This document shows positions 12,801 through 18,773 of a stretch of DNA of 64,000 nucleotides, one piece after another. Source of the DNA: Gemmatimonadaceae bacterium (GTDB taxonomy: Bacteria > Gemmatimonadota > Gemmatimonadetes > Gemmatimonadales > Gemmatimonadaceae). The translations under genes were made by a program, and so were the position numbers. The stretch is from contig JBJMOW010000005.1 of assembly GCA_045803545.1 (NCBI GenBank), positions 512,001 through 576,000 of the forward strand, given 5' to 3'. The number at the start of each line of letters is the position of its first letter. Position 1 is the first letter of the stretch. The notes beneath the pieces are model-generated. The model worked only from the letters and a program-made list of their open reading frames with translations, was not told the origin of the DNA and searched no databases.

Positions 12801-13915
12801 CACGCGATTGCGCGTCCAGTGACTACGGTGCCCGAGCGATCTTTCAAAATTGCCGAGGCTTGGCTTGTCCCTCCAACGGTAATGGTGGATGGAGTCAGAC
12901 TCACTTCCACCGACGCAACGGGAACGGGAGTGACAGTTATCGCCACGCTCGAACTCACGCCGCCTACGGTTGCCGTTATTGTCGCTGAACCGGGGCTGAC
13001 CGCCGAGAGCATCCCGTCAGGTGTTACTGTCGCTACCGTGTTTGCGGCTATCGCCCAGGTGACGGTGCGATTGATGAGAACAGCTCCACCTGCATCTGTC
13101 GCCACTGCCACCAGTTGTTCATGATCGCCGACGACAAGAGATGGAATTACGTCAGGATGATCCGGCGGTCCCCTGATCGCGACCTGGGCAACCGGCTCGG
13201 GAAGCAATACAGCGTATGTACTGAAATGAGAGATGTCGCCCGTTACTATGTGATTGGTGAGGTCGACACTTCCTGTAGTAATCGGCTGCCAACCCGCGGT
13301 TGCTCCAGAGTAACGCAGTTGCAGGGCTGCTTCTTCCGTTCCAGCAGGGAGCTTCTTCGGATCGTATTTGATTTTGAGCGTGACGGGTTTGGCGAAGGAT
13401 GTCCCCGTCGGCCCGAAGTCAAATGCAGTGCCCTGCACAACTTTCGAGTCGCTTCCGAAACCACTCGACGGAGTAACGGTGACGTCAGTGGTGGCGTCTA
13501 CGGCCTGGGCAGGAACCAGAAGTTGGATTACGCCCGACGCCGCGCTGAGCGTCGTCCCGGCGGTTGTAACGACGCCGCCATCGACTACAGTGACATTCGC
13601 AGACGCGCTCTTGCCGTCGGCAGATGCCGTGACGGTGGCTGCCCCCGGCGTGACTGCCGTCACCATGCCGGACGGTGATACTGTCGCAATCGCGATGTCC
13701 GATGTCGCCCACGAGATCGGGCGCGACAATGGCCGACCGTCCCGGTCTTTAGCCGTAGCAGTCAGCTGCAGGGTAGCCGCAGGCACGAGCGACATTCCGA
13801 CTTGCGACAAGTCTATGAGGTCGGTCGTTGGCGGCGGCGCTGTCGGACTTTCTCCGCAGGACCCGATCGTCCACCCAAGTGCGATAGATCCGATCGTGCG
13901 GTACAATCTTTTCAT
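848..13915 (-). CDS. Giant (4355 aa) predicted surface lipoprotein: Big_2, ZU5-like domain, 42 further Big_2 repeats, TIM-barrel glycoside-hydrolase-like domain (DUF6298/DUF4038-like) and a C-terminal beta domain (putative collagen-binding type)
   Basis: Uninterrupted ORF with lipobox-like signal MKRLYRTIGSIALGWTIGS|C. Repeats of about 85-97 aa with consensus PVATVTV...KDANGN.L.GR.V.WSS.N.AVATV..GLVTAV..GTATITATSEG (43 counted by hand). C-terminus has YLTGSHTW, NHNFFRL, YEISNES, DTDH and VEWFNP motifs. Confidence 0.9.
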   Translation of the reverse strand: MKRLYRTIGSIALGWTIGSCGESPTAPPPTTDLIDLSQVGMSLVPAATLQLTATAKDRDGRPLSRPISWATSDIAIATVSPSGMVTAVTPGAATVTASADGKSASANVTVVDGGVVTTAGTTLSAASGVIQLLVPAQAVDATTDVTVTPSSGFGSDSKVVQGTAFDFGPTGTSFAKPVTLKIKYDPKKLPAGTEEAALQLRYSGATAGWQPITTGSVDLTNHIVTGDISHFSTYAVLLPEPVAQVAIRGPPDHPDVIPSLVVGDHEQLVAVATDAGGAVLINRTVTWAIAANTVATVTPDGMLSAVSPGSATITATVGGVSSSVAITVTPVPVASVEVSLTPSTITVGGTSQASAILKDRSGTVVTGRAIAWQSDNGGVATVDGTTGVVTALAPGSATISATSEGQRSTATITVVPVPVASVTLALSAGSITAVGTTQATATVFDANGGTLTGRAVTFASDNESVATVSSSGLVTAVAEGTAHITATSEGKTGSANIAVTAAPVATVSVSLAASSISAVGTTQATATFQDSKGRALTGRTAAWSSDNTAVATVSSTGAVTAVAIGTAHITATSEGQTGSAALTVTDAPVASVTVTPGSASVVEGATQPLTATIKDAEDRALTGRTVVWTSSNTSVATVDANGLVTAHGAGTATITATAEGVGSAASITVSLAPVASVTVSLAETSINAIGTTQATVATLDANGAALNGRAVIWASDNTAVATVSGTGVITAESEGTARITATSEGKTGSATLSVMQAPVASVSVSLAASSITAVGSTQASAELKDAKGRTLSGRTVIWNSDNHATATVSSTGAVTAVASGTAHIVASSEGQTGSMALTVTDAPVAAVAVTPASPTVVQGSTQTLTATLKDGQNRVVTGRTVTWSSNTATVATVDASGLVTAHAAGSAIITATSEGISGTASITVTLAPVASVAISLTASSIEVGQTTTASAVLRDANNNELSGRDVTWSSNNDAVATVDANGVVSGHAVGTATITGTSEGKSAGATITVVPVSVASVTVSLAQSSITAVGTTQASATTFDANSGTLTGRSVSWASDNTSVATVSGTGVVTAESEGTAHVTATSEGKIGSATLTVTAAPVASVSVSLASSSINAVQTTQATATLLDARGRTLTGRVVTWSTSDATVATADANGLVTAHATGTATISATSEVVSRSATLTVTPPPVATVTVTPPSASLVLGISAEEQLTAITADANGGTLSGRIITWNSSNTGVATVDVNGLVTPLGAGSATISATSEGKSGTSSITVSLAPVATVTVSLNPTSISAVGTSQANATTLDANGHTLSGRLVTWSSSNAVVATVDANTGWVTAVASGTASITATSEGTIGSATLTVTPAPVATVTVSPPSATLQLVATPTQQLTAVTKDANGNILAGRAASWRSSNTAVATVDANGLVNAVGVGAATITATSETKTGTSSITVNAAPVATVSLSAPMTPMILGNTQVLTAAPKDANGNALSGRAVNWISSNPAVLSVSAPSSVSTSTGATITVTAVGIGTATITATSETAPAATTPSIAVDPIPVATVTVTPATTTLVLSITPTQQLSAVTKDANGNVLPARTVTWSSSNPAIATVNTSGLVTGVAAGSATVTATSEAQSGTSSVTVSVPPVATLTLFAPATPMIVGSSQVLTAVPKDANNNILSGRTVNWVSSNPAVLSVSAAASVSTGSGATITVTAAAVGTATITANSEAAPAATTPSITVNPVPVATVTVTPPSASLVLGITPTQQLSAVTKDANGNVLNGRTVNWSSNNTAAASVSANGLVTGVAAGSAIITAVSEGQSGTSAITVSVAPVATVTVALSPTSITAVGSSQATATTLDANNNVLTGRVVTWSSTNTAVATVDAITGLIAPVAPGTASITATSEGKSDSATLTVTPAPVASVTLTPPSANLVLGITPTQQLTAVTKDAQGNVLTGRVVTWSSSNTNFVNVDASGLASAVAAGSATITATSEGQSGTSSINVALAPVATVTVTLNPTSINAVQTSQATASTFDGNGNALTGRVVSWTSSNTAVATVNPNSGLVTAVAPGTTTLTATSEGKTGNATLTVTEAPVATVTVSLASSSINATETTQATAMLLDARGRPLTGRVVIWSSSNTAIATVDPNTGLVTAIAPGTANITATSEGETDSAVLTVTAASVAGVTVTPSSTTLVLGITPTQQLTAATKDANGNTLTGRVVTWSSNNNAVATVDPNTGLVTAVSAGGATITATSEGKTGTSTITVNLAPVATVTVTPSSANLVLGITPTQQLAAVAKDANGNVLAGRTVSWSSSDNSIATVGANGLVTAVAAGAATITASSEGQSGTSAITVTVAPVTTVDVSLNPMSITAVGTSQATAVTRDANGNVLTGRAITWSSSNTAVATVDVNTGMVTAVALGTASITATSEGKSGSATLTVTPAPVASVVVSPSSAVLQLLVTPTHQLTAVTKDANGNTLTGRLVTWSSSNTAVAQVDANGLATAVGAGTATITATSETKTGTSSITVNPTPVAAVTLSSPTTPMIVGGTQVLTATPRDANGSALSGRTVTWVSSNPAMLTVSAPTSLSTASGATITITALGVGVATITATSESAPAATTPSISVNPIPVATVAVTPASASLVLGIAPTQQLTAVTKDANGNTLTGRVVTWSSNNTAVATVDANGLVTAQTAGSATITATSEGRAGTASITVSLAPVATVAVTLNPTSITAVGTSQATATTRDANGIILTGRVVTWNSSNPAVATVNSNTGLVTAVAVGTASITGTSESQAGSATLTVTPAPVATVTVTPASATLQLVVTPTQQLTAVPKDVNGTVLTGRLVTWSSGNTAVATVDANGLVTAVSAGTTTITATSETKTGTSSITVNPAPVATVVLSPPTTPMIVSATQTLTATPKDANGNTLSGRTVAWVSSNPAVLTVSNASSVSSATGATITVTSVGVGAATITATSESAPAATTPTITVNPIPVATVTTTPSSATLVLGISPTQQLTAVTQDANGNTLTGRVVSWSSNNTAVATVDANGLVTAVSAGSATVTATSEGKTGTSSITVNLAPVATVTVALNPASITAVGTSQATATTRDANGNVLTGRAVTWSSSNTAVVTVNASTGFVTAGAVGTASITGTSEGQTGSATITVTPAPVATVTVTPSSASLVLGITPTQQLTAVTKDTNGNTLSGRVVTWASSNTAVATVGGNGLVAAQAAGTATITATSETKTGTSSITVSVAPVTTVTLSSASTPMTVGSTQVLIATPKDANGNVLPGRTVNWISSNSAVLTVSAASSLSSSTGATITVTALGVGTAAITATSETAPAATTPSITVNPIPVATVTVTPASAGLVLGITPTQQLAAVTKDANGNVLTGRTVTWSSSNNSVATVGADGLVTAVAAGGATIAAASEGQSGTSAITVTLAPVATVNVALNPMSITAVGTSQANATTLDANGNNLTGRAVTWSSDNLAIATVDANTGLVTAVAVGTANINAMSEGKTGSATLTVTQAPVATVSVSLAASSITAVGTTQATATLQDSKGRTLSGRSIVWTSDNTAAATVSSAGAVTAVATGTAHITATSEGQTGSATLTVTDAPVASVVVSPASANLVEGATQQLTTALTDAQVRPLTGRTVVWTSNNDASATVDANGLVTAHTAGTATITATSEGVSGTSSITVTQVPVASVTVSLAQGSISAVGTTQATATTLDATGGTLTGRSVVWSSDNEGVATVSNTGIVTAEAVGTAHITATSEGQTGSSILTVTAAPVASVTVTIAQGSITAVASTQATAELKDSRNRVLTGRTIVWASDDHAIATVSSTGIVTAVAEGTAHITATSEGQTGSATLTVTQAPVATVTVSPSAPSILVGATEQLTITLKDAQGRVLTGRVVTWSSDNTAAATVSGTGLVTAVAAGAATITATSETKTGTSIVTVTAATTTATLLHRSTRNPRYFENATGQIIYLTGSHTWSTLRDNGTVDPPAAFNYTAYLDFLTQRNHNFFRLYAWEQDRWTSEYANDYWFSPSAYARTGPGVALDGKPKFDVSQFNQAYFDRMRQRVIEAGSRGIYVSVMLFNGWSVTTKPGATANNPWNGHPFNSANNINGIDGDTNGDGSGLESQTLTIPSVTALQEAYVRRVIDAVGDLDNVLYEISNESDGSSRDWQYHMIQVIRDYEATKAKRHPVGMTAMWPNGSDTDLYNSDADWISIAGTLHTPVTANGSKVLVTDTDHICGVCGDVEWVWKSFVKGHNPILMDGYDGAAIGVGAEDYDVNDPVWEAIRKNMGYTLSYAQRMDMANAVPHGDLVLSELTGYALAKPGEQYLVYINSEGAVTLNLSALTGTLNVEWFNPATGVATPAGTIAGGPSVQLIAPFSGPAVLFLH
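2180..13195 (-). repeat. Intragenic tandem array of 42 diverged Big_2-coding repeats (about 255-290 bp units)
   Basis: Visible in the translation. Units are diverged at nucleotide level and fall into recurring subtypes. Confidence 0.9.
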
Positions 13916-14099
13916 GACTGAGCAAACTCTCGCGATGTACGCGCACCCGCCAACGCAAGTAGTTGCCCAAGACTAAAGCCTTATACGCCAAGAACTTACG
14001 GTCGAAAAACGGCGCAAACTGTTGCAGTAATGCAACGGGCCGACACGTTCGCACCACACGTGAATGCGCCCCTGAAACTGTGGTGTAATTCTCCGCGAG

Positions 14100-15749
14100 T
14101 CAGTGATGCAGATACACGGTCGCCAGGCCGGAGAATGGAGCGGTTAGAGTGACGTGGGTCCCGCCTGCGGCCTTGCCACCATCCACTGTCACAGCGGTGG
14201 ACGGATTGAACCATTCGACGACAAAACTGCCCGTCGTGCCGCTCAGATCCAGATCCAGATTCCCGCCGCCAGGAAGAACCGCGAGATATTCGCTGCCCGC
14301 ATCTGCAAGGCAATAACCGCTTGACGCGAGGTCACCGCGTGGGACCGCGCGCGCCAGGTTCATCCGCATCGCGTAACTCCTCACGTATCCCATGTTTTTG
14401 CGAATGTCCTCCCACTTTGGATCGGCAGGATTGTACGCCGCATCTGACACCCCGGGGCTATTGTCGTAGCCGTCCATCAACAGCGTATTGTGCCCTCGAA
14501 CGAACGCTTTCCAGACCCAGGCGGCGTCTCCACAAATTCCGCACAAATGGTCTGTATCAGAGAGGTCTACTTTCTTTCCATCAGCTATCGCTGGGTTGCT
14601 GACGTCGCCATTCATCGACACCCAATCCGCTGCGCTGTTGAGAACCTCGGCGTTAGTTCCGGGCCAGGGAATCGTCATGCCGATGGGATGCTGCTTCGGT
14701 TTCTGCGCCTCATACGACCGAAGGAAATCGATCAGGTGGTACTGCCAGGCATCGCCGGACGGATCGCTCTCGTTGCTGATTTCGTAAATGACGTTGTCCT
14801 GGTCATTGACAGCGTCGACGACTGCTTTCACATAGGCTTCCTGCAAAGCCGTGATCGCCGGCATCGTTAGGGTCTGCGTTTCGCGACCTGACGCATCGTT
14901 GTTCGGGTCACCGTTGATCCCGTTGATGTTGTTTGCGGTGTTAAACGGGTGGGCCAGCCACGGGTTCGCCCTCGCATTCCCTGGCTTAGTCTCGACACTC
15001 CAGCCATTGAACAGCATTACAGACACGTAGATTCCGCGCGTTCCGGCGTCGATTACGCGTTGGCGCAGTCGTGCGAAATACTGGGGGTTGAGTTTCGTCA
15101 GGTCGAACTTGAGACCGCCGTCCGCGGCCGCCCCGGGCCCCGTTCTCTCATAGAGAGTCGGCGAGAACCAATGACTGTAACTGACTTCGTCACTCCAACG
15201 CGCCTGCTCCTGAAGCCAGAGTCTAGTGAAGTTGTGATTGTGCTGTTGCAGAAAATTCAGGTACGCGATGTTGTCGAACGCTGGCGGAGGATTCGTCGTT
15301 CCATCATCCTGGACGTTCTTCCAATAGTGCGAACCGGTAAGGTAGACAATCCGACCCGCGGGATCTGCGAAATACCTCGGGTTGTCTGTGCTCACGTGCA
15401 AAGGGCCTGTGGCGGGAGCCGACGCCGCTGATACCGTCAGCGTCGTCGAATCGCTGAATCCGCTCGCTTGTACGCGGATTTTCACGAGGCCGGCACTTAC
15501 TCCAACTGCGGTCCCGAAGTCATTAATCGTGGCCACCGCGGCGTTGCTGCTTTGCCAGCTGACATCACTAATACTGTGACTGGTGCCGTTTTCAAATGAC
15601 CCGTTCGCGCGGAACACCACGGTTTCGCCAATTCGGATGGTGGCAGCGATGGGCGCAATCGTGACGGCGTTCAAGCGAATTTGATCGCTCGTGCTGCTGC
15701 AGGCGGCGAGCACCAGCAATGCGATGGTGCTTAGCCCAGGACTTCTCAA
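14100..15749 (-). CDS. Predicted lipoprotein with one Big_2 domain plus the same GH-like and C-terminal beta domains as the giant protein (short paralogue)
   Basis: Lipobox LLVLAA|C and one Big_2 unit. YLTGSHYW, NHNFTRLW, YEISNES, DTDHLCGICG and VEWFNP align with the C-terminus of the 4355-aa protein. Confidence 0.85.
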   Translation of the reverse strand: MRSPGLSTIALLVLAACSSTSDQIRLNAVTIAPIAATIRIGETVVFRANGSFENGTSHSISDVSWQSSNAAVATINDFGTAVGVSAGLVKIRVQASGFSDSTTLTVSAASAPATGPLHVSTDNPRYFADPAGRIVYLTGSHYWKNVQDDGTTNPPPAFDNIAYLNFLQQHNHNFTRLWLQEQARWSDEVSYSHWFSPTLYERTGPGAAADGGLKFDLTKLNPQYFARLRQRVIDAGTRGIYVSVMLFNGWSVETKPGNARANPWLAHPFNTANNINGINGDPNNDASGRETQTLTMPAITALQEAYVKAVVDAVNDQDNVIYEISNESDPSGDAWQYHLIDFLRSYEAQKPKQHPIGMTIPWPGTNAEVLNSAADWVSMNGDVSNPAIADGKKVDLSDTDHLCGICGDAAWVWKAFVRGHNTLLMDGYDNSPGVSDAAYNPADPKWEDIRKNMGYVRSYAMRMNLARAVPRGDLASSGYCLADAGSEYLAVLPGGGNLDLDLSGTTGSFVVEWFNPSTAVTVDGGKAAGGTHVTLTAPFSGLATVYLHH

Positions 15750-15759
15750 ATCGAAGCCC

Positions 15760-16992
15760 TCAGTTCGCGACGCGGCGCGCTAACTCTGGAGGAGCAATAA
15801 CGGCGTAACGCGATAAGACCGGAAACAAGTTCGCTGCCCCCCGGGTATCGCGGTCGCTGGTCACGACAAAGGATGTTGCCGGAAAAACGTGATCGTATTC
15901 GCGTTGTATATCGTAGCGATAGAGATACACGCCCAAATAATAAGTGCCCGGCCCAAGGTTCAGCTCGACGTCAAAGGCACACTCAGCGCGCTGCCCTGGA
16001 TCGAGCGAAACCGGTTCCTGCCCCAACCTCTCGCTGGAAGTGTTGAACACTTCATAAAAATCCGTGTTGAACACATCAAGAACGACGGCAACTTTCTCTG
16101 CCCGCGACAGCGCCTCGACGGATACTGAAATCCGCGCGGGTTGTCCGGCGATGAAGCGACCCGTCTGACCGTCAGCAGTGGAAATTGTTGTGCGCGTGAT
16201 GCGAGCCGGGCCCGCCACCTGGCGGTCTGAGTGTACAGCCGCTGTGTCGAGATACCGGCGAACGACCTGATCGGTCGGCCCATCCTCGATCACCTTCCCC
16301 CGCTCGAGCAGAATTCCTCGCTCACAGAATTCTGCGACGGCCTGGAGGTTGTGCGATACAAAAATTACGGTGGCCCCACTCCTGGCGACCGCTCGCATTT
16401 TGTCCATCCCCTTCCGTTGAAATGCGAAGTCTCCGACGCTCAACACTTCGTCAATAACCAGAATGTCGGGCTCGAGATGCGCCGCCACTGAAAAACCAAG
16501 TCGCGCAAACATACCCGACGAATAGCGCTTGACCGGTGTATCGATAAACTCTTCGAGCTCGGCGAAGTCGACGATCTCATCGAACTTGCGCTTTATCTCC
16601 TGACGGCTCATGCCCAATATCACGCCGTTCAAAAACACATTCTCACGCCCCGTAAGGTCGGGATGGAACCCCGCTCCGACCTCAATCAAAGCAGACAGGC
16701 GACCGCTCACCTCGATACTGCCGCGTGTCGGCTCCATAATCCCGCTTAGATGCTTCAGCATTGTGCTCTTGCCAGCGCCGTTGTGCCCGACGATGCCCAG
16801 TGTCTCTCCCTTTCGCAGGTCGAAGGAAATGTCGTTTAACACCCAGAATTCCTCCGGCGCCAATGCACGCTCCCGATCACCGCGCACGGCTCGTTTCACC
16901 AGCGATGGAATGAGATCGCGCAACGAGTCGTGTTTTTCACCACGGCGGAAGCGCTTGTATACATTCTGCACGCGCAGTGCGTATTCGCTCAT
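15760..16992 (-). CDS. wzt: Polysaccharide ABC exporter ATP-binding subunit with C-terminal Wzt_C-type domain
   Basis: Walker A GHNGAGKST, signature YSSGMFARLGF, Walker B ILVIDE, and a beta-rich C-terminal extension of about 150 aa. Confidence 0.9.
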   Translation of the reverse strand: MSEYALRVQNVYKRFRRGEKHDSLRDLIPSLVKRAVRGDRERALAPEEFWVLNDISFDLRKGETLGIVGHNGAGKSTMLKHLSGIMEPTRGSIEVSGRLSALIEVGAGFHPDLTGRENVFLNGVILGMSRQEIKRKFDEIVDFAELEEFIDTPVKRYSSGMFARLGFSVAAHLEPDILVIDEVLSVGDFAFQRKGMDKMRAVARSGATVIFVSHNLQAVAEFCERGILLERGKVIEDGPTDQVVRRYLDTAAVHSDRQVAGPARITRTTISTADGQTGRFIAGQPARISVSVEALSRAEKVAVVLDVFNTDFYEVFNTSSERLGQEPVSLDPGQRAECAFDVELNLGPGTYYLGVYLYRYDIQREYDHVFPATSFVVTSDRDTRGAANLFPVLSRYAVIAPPELARRVAN

Positions 16993-17778
16993 TCAAATGC
17001 TCTCAGCAAAACGAGGTTCAAGTCTGCGGAAGAACACTACGCCACCGCAGAGCAAGAGAGTCGCGGCAATCGCACTGTAGGCGAGCCATGCCACGTCTGG
17101 CGGACGCATGCGGACTATCGTCGCCTGCAATCCATCCAGCACAACAGCGACCGGATTCAGCATCAGAACCCAGCGCCACTTTCCCGCCAGCGATGCATCG
17201 TAGAGCACGGGCGTGAAGAAAATGGCGAAAGTAAGAATCACTTCCACGATGTATTTGATGTCCCGAAAAAAAAGATTTGCTGCGGCGAATAGTATCGAGA
17301 GTCCTGCGGTGAACAGCACCAGCGTCACCAACAGCGCGGGGATCCACACCATCGTGACCGCGAACCTGACGCCGCTCAGTGGTAAGAGGAGCACCAGCAC
17401 CGGAAAGGCAATTGCCATATCGAAGAGCGATGTCAGCACTGACGACAGCGGGAACACCAGGCGTGGGAATTTGATCTTCGTGACCAGGTTGCTGTTTCCC
17501 GTCAGACTGGTGGTGCCAAAGCGCAGTGCCGAGACGAAGAATGCCCACGGCAATGCTTTTATGCCGATTCCCCCAATATCTGCGGATGTGATGGGAACCC
17601 CGGAAACCTTCGCCGCAACAATCCTTACCATGATTCCCGCGCCAGTAATGATCAGAGGCATCAGTATGGCCCAAAGTAGGCCCATCACAGATTGCTTGTA
17701 CCGAATTCTGATCTCACGCCAGGTAATCATGTAGAGCAGCTCGCGGTTGCGCGCGATCTCCTTTATCGCTTCGATCAT
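16993..17778 (-). CDS. wzm: Polysaccharide ABC exporter permease
   Basis: REIRIRYKQSVMGLLWAIL, NLVTKIKFPR and FFTPVLY motifs, multiple TM segments, adjacent to wzt. Confidence 0.9.
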   Translation of the reverse strand: MIEAIKEIARNRELLYMITWREIRIRYKQSVMGLLWAILMPLIITGAGIMVRIVAAKVSGVPITSADIGGIGIKALPWAFFVSALRFGTTSLTGNSNLVTKIKFPRLVFPLSSVLTSLFDMAIAFPVLVLLLPLSGVRFAVTMVWIPALLVTLVLFTAGLSILFAAANLFFRDIKYIVEVILTFAIFFTPVLYDASLAGKWRWVLMLNPVAVVLDGLQATIVRMRPPDVAWLAYSAIAATLLLCGGVVFFRRLEPRFAESI

Positions 17779-18773
17779 GCGCTCACCGTGCGCTGCCGCA
17801 TTCGAGCGATTCTCGATCGCTCGTTAATAATCCATTTTGGCTTGACCATCGCTTTCACCGTAGCCCGTGCAATGTGCGGAGCCAGCTGCAGCCTCGACGG
17901 CAGGTCCTCTCCGATGGTGGCAAGGGCACGCCGATGATAATCCCAGAACTCGGGCTCGCGTTTGAGTAAGACTCCTTCAGCGAGAATTCTCAGAAAATCA
18001 GCGCGCGCCGGACGCAGTCGACGAGGCAGCTCTTCCTCGGTGAGAAAAGCCGCCCCGTACTTCCTGAGAATCGTGTAGATGAACGGCCGCCGCCAATGAA
18101 AGCTTTCAATCGCCGTCAACACGCCCTCGTTTCCGCGTCGGCTGAAAGTCAAAACCTGATGCACAAAACCAAGATCAGCCTCAGCCAATACCTCGTGACA
18201 AAGTTCGGTGTCCTCGTGCATGGACGATTCCGAGAAAAAAGGCCGGCGATTGGCGAGCAGATCGGCGCGGTATAGCAGGTTTGTCGGAGTCCCAAACAAA
18301 TACAGATTATCCAGCAAATGCAGTCGACCCGCGACCCGGCCCGGTATTACTTCCGTTGGCCACTCGACGCCGCTGCCACACACGAATCGGCCTTCGAGGT
18401 AATACGAGCTGACAATCGCTACTGACGGGTGGGCCTCGGCGACCGCCACCATCCGCTCCAGACATTCGGGAAAAATAAAATCGTCGGCGAGCACCATCTT
18501 CACATAACGCGCCTCGCGGTTTACGCGACGGAGAGCATTGTTGTAGTTCGGTACCTGATCGAGAAACCGCCGGTTGCGTACGAGCTTTATCCGGTTATCC
18601 TGACATGCAAAGAAAGCGGCGATCTCGGATGAGCCGTCTGTACTCTGGTTGTCGACCAGGATGTATTCGAAGTTCTCGTAGGTTTGGGACAGAACGCTCT
18701 GAATGCATTCGGCGAGATACTCGGCGGTATTGAAGAACGGGGTGACAACGCTGACGAATGGTTGTTCGCTCAC
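17775..18773 (-). CDS. Glycosyltransferase family 2
   Basis: VSVVTPFFN, LVDNQSTD, LADD (DxD-like) and HED motifs. Overlaps both neighbours by 4 nt. Confidence 0.88.
   Translation of the reverse strand: MSEQPFVSVVTPFFNTAEYLAECIQSVLSQTYENFEYILVDNQSTDGSSEIAAFFACQDNRIKLVRNRRFLDQVPNYNNALRRVNREARYVKMVLADDFIFPECLERMVAVAEAHPSVAIVSSYYLEGRFVCGSGVEWPTEVIPGRVAGRLHLLDNLYLFGTPTNLLYRADLLANRRPFFSESSMHEDTELCHEVLAEADLGFVHQVLTFSRRGNEGVLTAIESFHWRRPFIYTILRKYGAAFLTEEELPRRLRPARADFLRILAEGVLLKREPEFWDYHRRALATIGEDLPSRLQLAPHIARATVKAMVKPKWIINERSRIARMRQRTVSA

Noticed and set aside
2180..13195. Repeat array as a CRISPR array or a diversity-generating retroelement target
   Set aside because: Units are in-frame, about 260 bp and diverged throughout. 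There is no constant repeat with unique spacers, and no cas or reverse transcriptase gene.
1994..13976. Many plus-strand ORFs of 60-340 aa opposite the giant gene
   Set aside because: They are antisense shadows of the Thr/Val/Ala-rich repeat codons, with periodic V/A/T/L-rich translations and no independent motifs.
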